Positions 1 through 10,617 of a stretch of 64,000 bases of DNA are shown here, piece by piece. A program made the translations under genes and the position numbers. The notes under the pieces were generated by a model. It worked only from the letters and a program-made list of their open reading frames with translations. It was not told the origin of the DNA and ran no database searches. Origin of the DNA: Podarcis erhardii (Eukaryota). The stretch lies in NCBI GenBank assembly GCA_964252035.1, contig OZ176202.1; one strand, 5' to 3'. The number at the start of each line of letters is the position of its first letter. The first letter of the stretch is position 1.

Positions 1-2623
1 GCCCACTTTCAGTCTGTTCTTCCTGTAATAATCCATGGATCAAATTTACGGTGTCTTCCAGAAGTGAATCACCATTAGAAGTATTTTCTAGGACTGACAT
101 GCTATAGTTATTGGTGCAATCTTCCAGTAACTGACTGTCATGTGTATGCACTCTAGTTTCCAATGGTAATTGATCTTGCATGCTGGTGTAATTTTCCAAT
201 AGACAGCCAGCAAATGTATTAGCATGGTCTTCCAATTGTGAATTGCCATAGCTATTTGTAACGTCTTCTCGTGGTGGCCTATCATTCATATGAAGACATG
301 CACCATGCATTATGGAGTGGTCTTCTAATGGCAACTTGCCATTCCTATCATCATTGTTATGCAATACTGGGGTGACATTCGTTTCCGCTTGCAATACCCC
401 ACTCTCATTACAAGTCTCTAATTCTTTCTTAGTGCGTTCATTTAAACATTTTTGGTCAGGTTCTATACTAGTGTATAAACTATCCTGAAAGTCATCTTTT
501 ACCTCATCTTTCACCTCATCGTTCTTCATTAGCATAATGCCTTCTTCAATCTGCAAAACCTGAGGCATGCTTTTTTGCGGGCTGTTGTCCATGAGATGTG
601 AAACGTTAGTGTTCGCTTGAGCTTTCTCATCTTTTTTAACAGCTGAAGAATAATTTGCATCCAAAACACTATTGAAGATGCCTGGGGAGTCATTTTCACT
701 CCCCTTAATGTTCTCCCCCTCTACTATGCAAATATTATCTTCATTTACTATTGGAGGAAGGTGTCCTTCTGAACAGTTTGAAAGACATGCTTTCATTTCA
801 CCATTTTCACCATTTGCTTGGTCAGTTAAATTTTCAAACACTTCCACTGGCACTTGTTCTGGAAGTTTCAGTAAACTTCCAAGTGCATTTTCTTTTTCAA
901 GATTTTGACCTTGATTGATTTCCTTTCCAGATCTATTCGTGACACGTTCTGACTGCTCTGAAGCACCACCCACAATATGAAAACCATTTCTCCCTGAGAC
1001 TACGTCATTCTGGTGATCTTTACAAAATGCCTCCCTCTTATTGCTGCTGGACATATTTTGAATACTTGTATCTTGTTCTGAAACATTGCTAGTGATATCA
1101 CTAAACATTGCCCCTTTGGGCTGTTGCTCAATATGTTGTGCTTTTGTGTTTAAACACAATTGCCCTTCAGTCTCATTTGTATTATTTTCAGAACGACTGC
1201 CATCCATTAACAGGTTGACTGTTTCATTTAAGTCACCACAATGCAACAAAAGCCTCTGACCGGTGTTCGCATCCATACAACTATTTATCATTAGGTAAGA
1301 CATGAATAGCTTTTGAGTTTGTTCTGAGTGGCAAGGTATGGGCTCACTGGTGCCAGAAGTGTTTACATCCTTTCCATCAGCATGTTGGTTGGATGCCTGG
1401 AGTTCACAAGACGAGAGCCATCTTGCAGCTTTTTTCAAAGGCAATGGTATATCTTCCACATTAGGCATTTCATCAGGTAGGGTAACACTATTCAAAATTG
1501 ATGAAGTGTTGCTTTCTATGACTCCCTGCTGGGCTGCATCATCCAGGCTGATCACTTCACAAGTTTCTGGAATATAGAGTGCTGCTATTTTTTGCCGCCC
1601 CTTTAGAATTTTGCAGGCCTGCTCATTAGTGATCATGCCTTGATGCAAAGATGTAGATACAGGAAATATTTCCCCACTATGTGGCCAGATGAGTCCAATG
1701 AAGCCTCGTTGTGCCTGTAGTACCAGCAAGGCACTACTAGAAGAGATCAGGTTGCACTGCACAGCTTCATCTACAGACAAACGTTTTGATGAATTTTGAC
1801 ACAAGATCCCACCTGTCTGAAGCTGATGAGTCAAAATAGCACAAGCAGCATCCTGGTCAATAACCCCTTCTCTCATTGCTTCTTCAACAGTCATTCTGTG
1901 TCCTGTATCAGGATGAATTATGCCACCAGAAAGCAGCTGGGCACCTAAGAGCCTGAACATGGTCTCCCTCTCTATGAGTCCTTCATGAGCTGCTCTCAAA
2001 ATAGTTATCTTCCTTCCACATTTTAGTGTTATTTTGCCTCTTTCTTGAGGGGTCACAGCCAAGAGCCTCAAGCCTGTTTCTCTATGTACTACAGTTCTTT
2101 CAAGTAATTCCTCGAGGGTTATCTTCTCTGCAGTGTTGGGGTCAATAAGGTCTTTGCTCATGTCACGTCTTTCCAGGAGTTTAGTATATAACGCTGCAGA
2201 GATCAGATTTTTCTGAAAAGCTCTGTGCAAAGACAGCTGTTCTCCCGTGGCTGGTATCATTAGGTGTCCTCTGGAAAGCTGAATCTCAAGAATTTTAATA
2301 GCAAGAGGTTCTGAAATTAAACCCTGTTCCAAAGCAGCTACAACTGGGAGTGCTGCTGATTGCAATTCTGAAATGACCATTTTAGCATGCTGTAAACCTT
2401 GTAGTTGCAATACAGCTTGGTCATCGACAAGTTCATGGGCTTTGGCTTCTTCAAGGTCAAAACTTCTTCCCAGGGCTGGTGAAATTATATCTGATAAAAT
2501 GAGCTGGCTCTGAAGTAAGTGAATTCCGGTGTCATAGTCAATAAGGCCTTTATAAATTGACTGCAAGACTGAAAACATCTCTCCAGTTGTTTGATCAATA
2601 ATGCCAGCTATGACTTTATCCTC
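1..2623 (-). CDS. DST: DST BPAG1b giant exon, 5' part (plakin-repeat domain then low-complexity IFBD region); open to the window edge
   Basis: Acceptor cttttag|GAG at 2623, phase 0. Translates EDKVIAGIIDQTTGEMFSVLQSIYKGLIDYDTG...LFMSYLMINSCMDANTGQRLL (human LDKVIAGTIDQTTGEV...); frame checked at the start, middle and end. Missing from the ORF track because it has no stop in the window. Confidence 0.95.
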
Positions 2624-3726
2624 CTAAAAGTGAGTATAAAAATATGAATTGTCAGCATTTTATGAATGGTAAATGATTAATACTTTGAATTTTAATATAT
2701 GTACAATATAAAGTCACTTACTTACCAGAGTTCCACCCAAACTGTGAATGTTAGCAGTTCAATGCAGAAGTGATGTCAGTGATTCAACAGCACACGGTGT
2801 GATAAAAGATTGAAACACAACATGCATCGGTAAACCAAAAGCCTATGCTCTGCATACATCAAGAGGGTTAGTGGAAGATAAAATAGTAGATGATCGCATA
2901 GTGAGCAAAAAAGACACGTACCTGAAAGGCAAACTGTCATGCTATCTATGTGCTTTGTGAGAAGTTAGCATATATTGAGAAAACAGTATGTGGTACAAAA
3001 ACACACATGCTATTCATGTTTACAGCATACAGCACTTTTACATAGACACCCAAACACATAAGGATCAAGTATTGTAGCTACTTAAATGCACTGCAGCTGT
3101 GCTGTATTAAAAGTCATCCATTAGGAACAACATTTAAGAAGTATGTGCAGAATAGTCTTCCTTTGCATATACTCCCAGGCATTTTGTAATGCCTTCCAAA
3201 GGCAGTGCGAAATGTAATAGATCTTAAAGTATTATCTCACAGTTAATGTGACTATAAACTCCAAACGATGTACCCAGTTGAAATTTAATGAACTTCGGAA
3301 ATATGGCATACTTCCTGAAATACTTATCGGAGAGCATATAGAAGAGTAGAGAGGCTATGGAACTTCCACGTGGTGTCATGTTTCTGAAGTACAGACGTTT
3401 GACAGAATTCAAAGTATGGCTTTTAAAAAGAAGGGTTAAGTGATGTATGATTCTATGCTCTTAGTTCATGCAAGACACAAGGTATAAAAGCCTGTCCATG
3501 TACAACTTTCCACTTGTCCGTTTATAGACATTCAGCTATAATTCTAATTCCACAAACCGATCGAAAGCTGTCATTCTTTTAGTTCTGATTTTGTTTGTGT
3601 GATACACACAATTTGGTGCAGGTTTTTGATTTTAGTATTCATACAGAATTCCAAAACCATGCAATGGATCAGATTCAGAAAAGCATATATACTATAGCCA
3701 GCAACATAACTCAAACTGTTGACTAC

Positions 3727-3862
3727 CTTTTCATCCACGTTTTCATTATCTGCATCTTGTTCCTGCTGCAACTGCTTCAAATCTTCACTGGACAACAGTT
3801 TATAACCTTCTTGCAGGGACCTCACGTGGTTTTCCATTTCATTTTTCTCTTCATCTGTCATT
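3727..3862 (-). CDS. DST: DST a/b exon (K)MTDEEKNEMENHVRSLQEGYKLLSSEDLKQLQQEQDADNENVDEK
   Basis: cccaaaag|A ATG...AAG|gtagtc; 136 nt, phase 2 to 0. Confidence 0.93.
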
Positions 3863-4336
3863 CTTTTGGGAGGGGGAATAGAATATGTGAATGGAAGTGC
3901 TAGCAATTTCTAAACATTAGTTGTTCTCTCAAGAAATAAACATACAGGGTGGAATTCAACATCATGCTATGAAGATATGTTCCAGCAGACCTGGAGACAA
4001 GGTTTACTTTGTAAGCTGTTAACTTGACAGTGGTGGCAAGTCATATGGGCAGTTATTCCCAGGGATACACTGGTAACAAGCTGTGCAATTATTAGTACCA
4101 CCATTAATTAATGCAAACTGCTTTAGTTGAATTAAGTAAGGTGCCATTTATAAGGTAGAAGGGGCAGTACCCACCCATACCCCATTGTTTCAGATTTCGT
4201 ATAAGAACTCCTGAAGCTAGAGGATATCTGCTGCCTGCATACTGATTTTATATATGGAATGGCTGAAACTCGTCCTCAACACAAATTCTGAAAGGGCATG
4301 ACTAATTTTAAAATGCAATAATCCCAATGAACCTAC

Positions 4337-4425
4337 TTATCACCATGTTTCGCTAAAAACGTCTGTGTTGTTTGCAAAGCTTCTGATATCTGTTCTTTCT
4401 TGGTTAACAGTTCGTCAGAAGATAT
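4337..4425 (-). CDS. DST: DST a/b exon [29 protein letters not shown](K)
   Basis: ttttttcag|ATA...GAT AA|gtagg; 89 nt, phase 0 to 2. Confidence 0.93.
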
Positions 4426-4704
4426 CTGAAAAAAGGAGCAAAATATGTTCACAACTCCATTCTAGAAATAAAATTAAAAAGGGGTGGGGGTAAGAAATGT
4501 ACATAAAAGATAAAGCAAAAAGATGAGAAAGGAGTGAGTATTTCAGGAACATTATCAAGGGCATAATGGGTGATATCCAGCGATGTATGAACAGTGTTCT
4601 GCTTGTGCAAGCAGACTTCCCTTTCCTCACCTTGCATGGTCCCCCAACCCTCTGAAACAGATTTTGAGGGTGTACAGGGAGTTGCAGGGGAAAGGGGGTG
4701 GCAA

Positions 4705-4795
4705 GTCTATTTATCCTTTTGTATACCACCCTCCATCCATAGATCTCAGGGCAGTTCACAGTATGAAAATACAAGATAAAAACACAAAATAGTCT
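4705..4795 (-). mobile_element. L2 LINE 3' end fragment
   Basis: tttgtataccaccctccatccatagatctcagggcagttcacag. Confidence 0.6.
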
Positions 4796-5086
4796 ATTGT
4801 ACAAAGGGAAGTCTTTTGAACACGTGTGACAGCAGCATCAGCTACAACCCAATGTCTCTTTAATAACAGCAATAGCCTATATTTCAAATCCATTTTTAGC
4901 CAACTTGTCCCTTATTAATGAGCCATAAATACATGCTTGGTTATGAAACACTAAGGTTGTGTTTATAGATTACTGGGAACACGAGAACCGTAATTAACTT
5001 CGGGTATAAATATGGACACCCACTACTAAAAAACATTTGTTAGATGACCTTCTTCAAAACTTTTGTCTAAGCTGTTCTGGTCTTTG

Positions 5087-5200
5087 TTTCCGGCCAGATG
5101 TTGCTGAACTGCAACTCCCATCAGCTCCAGTAGGAATGGCTAATGGCCATGGATAGTGGAGGTTGTAGTAAGGAACATATGGGAGGACCAAATGCTTACC
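5087..5200. mobile_element. Degenerate MITE (gcaactcccatcagc family)
   Basis: ccagatgttgctgaactgcaactcccatca ... gtggaggttgtagt; boundaries approximate. Confidence 0.5.
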
Positions 5201-7130
5201 AAGTTGCTTTAGACAACTTGTAATCAGCTACTAGATTAAGAACAGCCTTGATGCGTGAAGTCAAATGCTCTGACATTACTCCCTCATAGGATGTCTTGCA
5301 ACCAAAGATGTCTATGCAATTTCCAAGCTATCGTTTTCAGTATTTTAATAAGTTAAATCAACTACCTCACTTAACTTCCTTTGTGGATTTTATGTGAATG
5401 GTATAGTTACCCAGGATACTGATCTTTTATTCTCAAGTATTTCCAAACCAGGAGTTCTCAAACAATATTAAATGCAACTCTCCATAAATCAAGGATAAAA
5501 GTTATAGCTTGCCAACTCTAACCAGAGCTGAAACTGACAGAAGTGAAACTAATCAGATCAATTCTGGTCTAGTCTATTTCAGATTTCTTTCTTTAAAGTG
5601 CTACATGGGGTACATAGTATATGGATACAGGGCATGGAACCATGCTTTCATATACTAAATTAAAATGCAACAGTCACTTTGTTGTAATAATTCCAAAATT
5701 GTTCCGAGTACCGGAAGAAGGAAGTCTTACTCATTGTGAGCACCACCCAATAACTGCTCACAGAAGTCACGTGAAAATGTTCTGCTGGTGCACACAATCT
5801 CTGCACCTTGGAGCTACTCTATCCTACAATGGATACAGATATTCAAGATACTCCCCTTACAATTGCTATTTAGCATACTGGGTAAGCCACAATTTACAGG
5901 AACTAGAGAGAAAGAAAAAGACTGCCGTGTGATACAGGTGGCCCATTTTAACCTAATGGTTAAGAGGGAATGCAAACCCAGGGGTTTAAAACTGCTTCTT
6001 GGTCACTGTATGTTATGACAATGAGGCGGATTTCAGTAAGTGGCTTTTTTGTATCTATAAAAAGCTGCAAGCAAGGGCTTTTCTAATGAAAATATAAAAG
6101 TGTTTCGTTGTATGGTGCTGATTTTCTCTGGAAATCATACAATTAAATGCACCAAAAGATACGTGTCAATTTACGAGGCAGTTTGTACTTGTCTGCAACT
6201 TTTTCTTTCACAAATTGCCAGGACAGGAAGCCCAATTCAGAATGGGACCGTGGTGAGGTGGATGGGGGGAGCAGTATTTAACCTTTTGCCTCATGCTGGG
6301 ACCATGATTTGGATCTTACCATGTGTCTGCAATTTGCAGGGGGGGGGGGGACATCTGTCCGTAACAATGGGAGATCTTTTCCTCCAATGCAAATTCCACA
6401 TACTGGGGGTCCCCCAAAATCAGGAACATAGGAGGGGCAACAGATTAAACTCCACCCACAGCCAGGGTTCCAGATCTAGATTGCCCACCGATTGTCCTGG
6501 CATTTTTTGGAAGCAGCAGCTTGCACTCAAGGACAAACTACGCTGAGTAATGTCATGTGTAGCATTTTCTCCATGTGTTTAATATGCATGTGGACACATG
6601 CATTTCCAGTTATATTAGGCACAACACAAGTATGAAAGACTGAAGAGTTTCTCGGTATCATGCAATGGGACCAGTAAAATATTGTATCATTTAAGTTCTT
6701 CAAATTACTTGCTGGTACAGGACTGCAGATTTCATGGGTTTGGTTCGGGAGTTACTCTTACGTGCTTGGCGGATGTGAGATTTCAGGTTCTACTCAGCCT
6801 CCAATATCCCCCCCACCTCCACCCCTTCTTTGAATACAGTGTAACATTTGGAAATGGGGTGTGTGTGTGTGTAGGGTAAAATATAATAAACTTAAATTGT
6901 GTGATTGATACTCCCTAATAAATTGGGGAAAGCAATGTGATTTGGGCCTATAATCATTGGGTTTTATGAGGTCCCTGGAGTTTCCAAGGTAGTGGTGGCC
7001 TTGAGAATGCCCCCTTGTGCCCATGAAGAATCTGATACACACCCTGTCTCACTGCCCCCTTCATCATGAGGTTCCCTCTTGAAACATCAATGGAGTTGAA
7101 GGAGGAAACAAGAAGAGTCATTCTCTTTCC

Positions 7131-7637
7131 CAGTGGCGTAGCGTGGGGAGTGCAGGGGGGGCCGGCCGCACCGGGCGCAACATCTGGGGGGGGGCGCGCT
7201 CGCCGCCTCCGGAGTCGCCGAAGAGCCTCGGGCGCAGGCTGTAGCAGAGCCCCATGTCTCGCGGAACCGACGAGCTGTGCGCGCCTCCGGGCTGAAGGCG
7301 TCTGGCAGGCAGCGGCTCTCAGCGCTGGCCGCGGAGGGCGCGCCACGCAGCCCCTCCTCACAGCCGCCCCGCCGCCGCTGCTGCTGCAGCTGCTGGGCCA
7401 TGTTGCATTTTCCTCGCCTCTCTGCCCTCCTCCTCCTCCGGGCAAGCGGCGTCGTTTGGGCAGCAGCGCCAGCGGCAACTCGCCTCAGATCACCTGACAC
7501 GGACCCACCGCCACCGCCGTGGCTACCTTACCGTAAATACCCCAGCCCAAGCAGCAGCAAGAAGAAGCTGGCAGCGGCGGCAGGTTAGGGGCGCAAATTA
7601 CTTGCCCTGGGTGCTGACAACCCACGCTACGCCGCTG
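7131..7637. mobile_element. Non-autonomous hAT-type TIR element carrying GC-rich captured cargo (GNAL XL fragment)
   Basis: TIR cagtggcgtagcgtgg...ccacgctacgccgctg; exact 8-bp TSD ctctttcc (7123-7130, 7638-7645); same termini as 61248-61427. Confidence 0.92.
7199..7255 (-). pseudogene. GNAL: Captured 5' coding fragment of GNAL XL isoform exon 1 (MGLCYSLRPRLFGDSGGGE)
   Basis: ATG at 7255 reads MGLCYSLRPRLFG; human XL-Galpha-olf begins MGLCYSLRPLLFGG as recalled (12 of 13 identical); not verified by search. Confidence 0.8.
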
Positions 7638-8803
7638 CTCTTTCCCATTTCCTCTGTTTAGTTCTACAGGCTCAGTTCAGCCCCTGATTAGGTGGGAAAC
7701 GGGGATGACAAAGAAAGAAAGAAAATGGAAGTGGCCAGTGGGAAAAAGTGGGGAGGCTACAGGAGTCAGGAAGTGAGGGAATGATCCCTTCCAAACTGTT
7801 TTTAAATTTCTCCTACCTAACCACCATCAAATCACATGTCACATCTGTTGCCATTGACTAAACCATGAAAATCATGGATATGGTGCCATTTGTGATGGAT
7901 GCAAACAACAGAGCTTTGTGGCTGCCGACTGCAGGAGATCCCTGCTAAACCATCACTAAATCGTGTGCCACCTCTTCGTCTACTCTGATAGTTTTGCTGT
8001 GATCCTCTGTAAAAACTGTGAAAATATATGAAGAGCAGTGCTTTGGATCCAGATTTCTGTGATATTAGCAAAGGCCAGATTTGTGATTTTTAATATAGTC
8101 TATTACGGTAAGCTTTAATCTGATAGGTTTTTGTGGGCAGCATCCCATGTAAACTCATGCAAATTCAAGAGGATTGTTTCTATTCTACCAGACAAACTTT
8201 TACCTAGAACCCATGTAAAAGAACTTGGGGGGGGGGTTAGCATGTGCTGACCTGGAAGAGATTAAAAAACCAAATGGATCATACCCATAGTACACACTCT
8301 ATGAATTCTGAATGGGCCTCAAAGGTTGACAACTCCTGTAACTTATAAAAAAATTACACCTCCATATTAACATCCAGAGGACTAGCCAGGAACACCTGGT
8401 GGGAAAGGAATGAAGGTATTATCATTTCCCATCATAAGTAAGGAATATTATTGTCCAAACACTGTTTCTCCTTTTTGTCTTGAATGTAGTCTTTCAGGAA
8501 AAAACACCCATGTATCAGTTATGTAGTCTGGTGAATTTAAATAAAAACACTAGTATGTAAATTATATTTGTTCTTAAGCACTTTAAAGTGAAGGTTGTAT
8601 CCAATGCCAGCCCTACTCAGAGCAGACCCATTGATATCAATAGGCATGACTAACTTAGGTCCAGGAAGTTCAATGGGTTTTCTTTGAGTAAAATATAAGC
8701 TGAATACAATGAAATGTTCTTGTGCCACATTTGGCACTTTAAAGACAAAACAACACTGTGTCATGCATCTGGTAGCATCTATTCTCAAGCAGTGTTTTAA
8801 TAC

Positions 8804-8938
8804 CTGTTTCTTAGGAGAATCTGCTTTTTCAGACTTTTCTCCTCCGCCTTTGCCGAGGCTCTTGGTGATGTTTGAAACCCATTTCAGTAAGTCCCCAGCT
8901 TTTTCGACGTGTTCTTTCTTCTCCTCTTCCACTGACTT
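8804..8938 (-). CDS. DST: DST a/b exon [29 protein letters not shown]...SPKKQ (first spectrin-rod exon after the plakin domain)
   Basis: ttcatcag|AAG...CAG|gtatta; 135 nt, phase 0 to 0. Confidence 0.93.
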
Positions 8939-9483
8939 CTGATGAACAATGTGCATTGCAAATATATATATATATATATTTAAAATTGTAGGTATATTAA
9001 GGTTACAGCCAACCCGAAAAACAGTTACACCGTCAAAAATTTTATTGTGGAAGATGCCAGATAATGAGCTTTATTTTTACTTTCTTTCTTTTTTATCCCC
9101 ATTACCACAGTCATTCTTATGCATGTTTTTTTTTTTTAAAAAAAGGTAAACAATAATAAAAAAGTAATTGAAGTAATTAATTCAAACATCTGAAAAAACT
9201 AAGATAGCCATTATGATACATATAAACACATTCATATACATAGATGATGGAACTCACATTACAGAAACCTCCCAGCCACCACTGCACAAGCCAAATCTAA
9301 GCAAGGGTTTGCCAGGAAAAACACTCTAAATCTCAGCCTTTGCATTAGATGTACACCCAGTTCTAGATTATCATGTTGTTGAAGAAGACAATGAAATTCA
9401 ATAACATACTTCAATCCTGTGCAATTAACATAGCATCTTACATGTTTCTCCTGAGAAGGAAAATTACTAATTTTGTAGCCAAC

Positions 9484-9489
9484 TTTATT
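9484..9489 (-). terminator. Candidate poly(A) signal for BPAG1e (alternatives at 10114-10119 and 9041-9046)
   Basis: AATAAA on the minus strand between the BPAG1e stop (10618) and the next a/b exon (8938); the used site cannot be determined from sequence. Confidence 0.3.
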
Positions 9490-9975
9490 GCCGATTTCAG
9501 GTTTAAGTTTAATATGGTGTTTTTTTTAATGTAAAGAATCATGTAGTAGAAGGAAAACCAGAAAAATAATAATCATGTAACAGAAGTCTATCATTTTCTC
9601 TGAAATTTCCAGTGTCACTGAGAATCTTATCTCCATGTAACTTGGGCTGCAATACTATCCCCACTTAAGGACTACAACCCATTAAATTCAGCAGGACTTT
9701 CTTCTGAGTAGACATGGGGAGCACTGTGCTGTTACAAAGGCGTAACCGCCACCTAACACAGAGAGGCTTGCTTCCATGTAAACATGCCGTTAGAAGAATA
9801 TCCAGTCTTTATGACAGAACCCACACCACAGTAAACTTTGCACCGGCAAGCAAGCATCCTGTCAAATCTATTTATGATATTGCATATTAAGTTCTACACA
9901 AATATTTAAGTGCCATTGACTTCAATGGGAGGGTTTACATACTTAGCTCCCTGTTTAACTTTGGCTGAATCAATG

Positions 9976-10105
9976 GAGATAGCGCAGTCAGTGGAGCATG
10001 AGACTCTTAACCTCAGAGTCATGGGTCTGAGCCCCACGTTGGGCAAAATATTCCTGCATTGCAGGGGGTTCGACTAGATGACACTTGTGGTCCCTTCCAA
10101 CTCTA
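9976..10105 (+). mobile_element. SINE with tRNA-Lys-derived head and CR1-type 3' tail
   Basis: agcgcagtcagtggagcatgagactcttaacctcagagtcatgggtctgagccccacgttgggc followed by ttcctgcattgcagggggttcgactagatgac...gtcccttccaactcta. Confidence 0.85.
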
Positions 10106-10617
10106 GATTTTTTTTTATTTTGCAGGACAGTATTGCATCATACACTGATATCAATGCAACAGGGCATATTGTTTCACTTCTGAAAATTTCCCAAGAGCAG
10201 CTGGAATGGCAAAAACAACAACAACTCTGCAACACATTGCTACCACAATGATCCCAGTTAGCAAGCTGCTAATACCATTTATACAGCATAGAGGAACAAT
10301 TCAGGGATAGTTTTAAGTACATTCAGGTCCTAATGATTTCAAGGAGAACTAAAGCATTAGCTTAAATTTCCACCAAAATCAATGGGGCATAGAAGTGCTT
10401 AACTCTTATCAAATTGTGCATCATAATTACAAGCATGGAGCAACGTTAAATCTACTGTACGCTGAAAACTATACATAAGCAAACTCAAAATGCTTTGTTC
10501 TGCTTAGAAATCAGCCAGGAACCCTATTTTACAACCCAATTAAATCATAGGGAATCATTTCCCTGAGCCAGATGGTTTAAATTACTGCAGGCCAATTTAA
10601 TAACTTCCATTGTTAAA

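Noticed and set aside
6954-7588. Four overlapping 100-170 aa ORFs in the GC-rich block
   Set aside because: High GC content suppresses stop codons; the ORFs cross the TE boundaries and are low complexity. Only the short MGLCYS frame has recognisable homology.
9976-10048. Possible tRNA-Lys gene
   Set aside because: Mismatched acceptor and T stems and a directly fused CR1 tail indicate a SINE head; same reasoning for the tRNA-Asn-like 49429-49502
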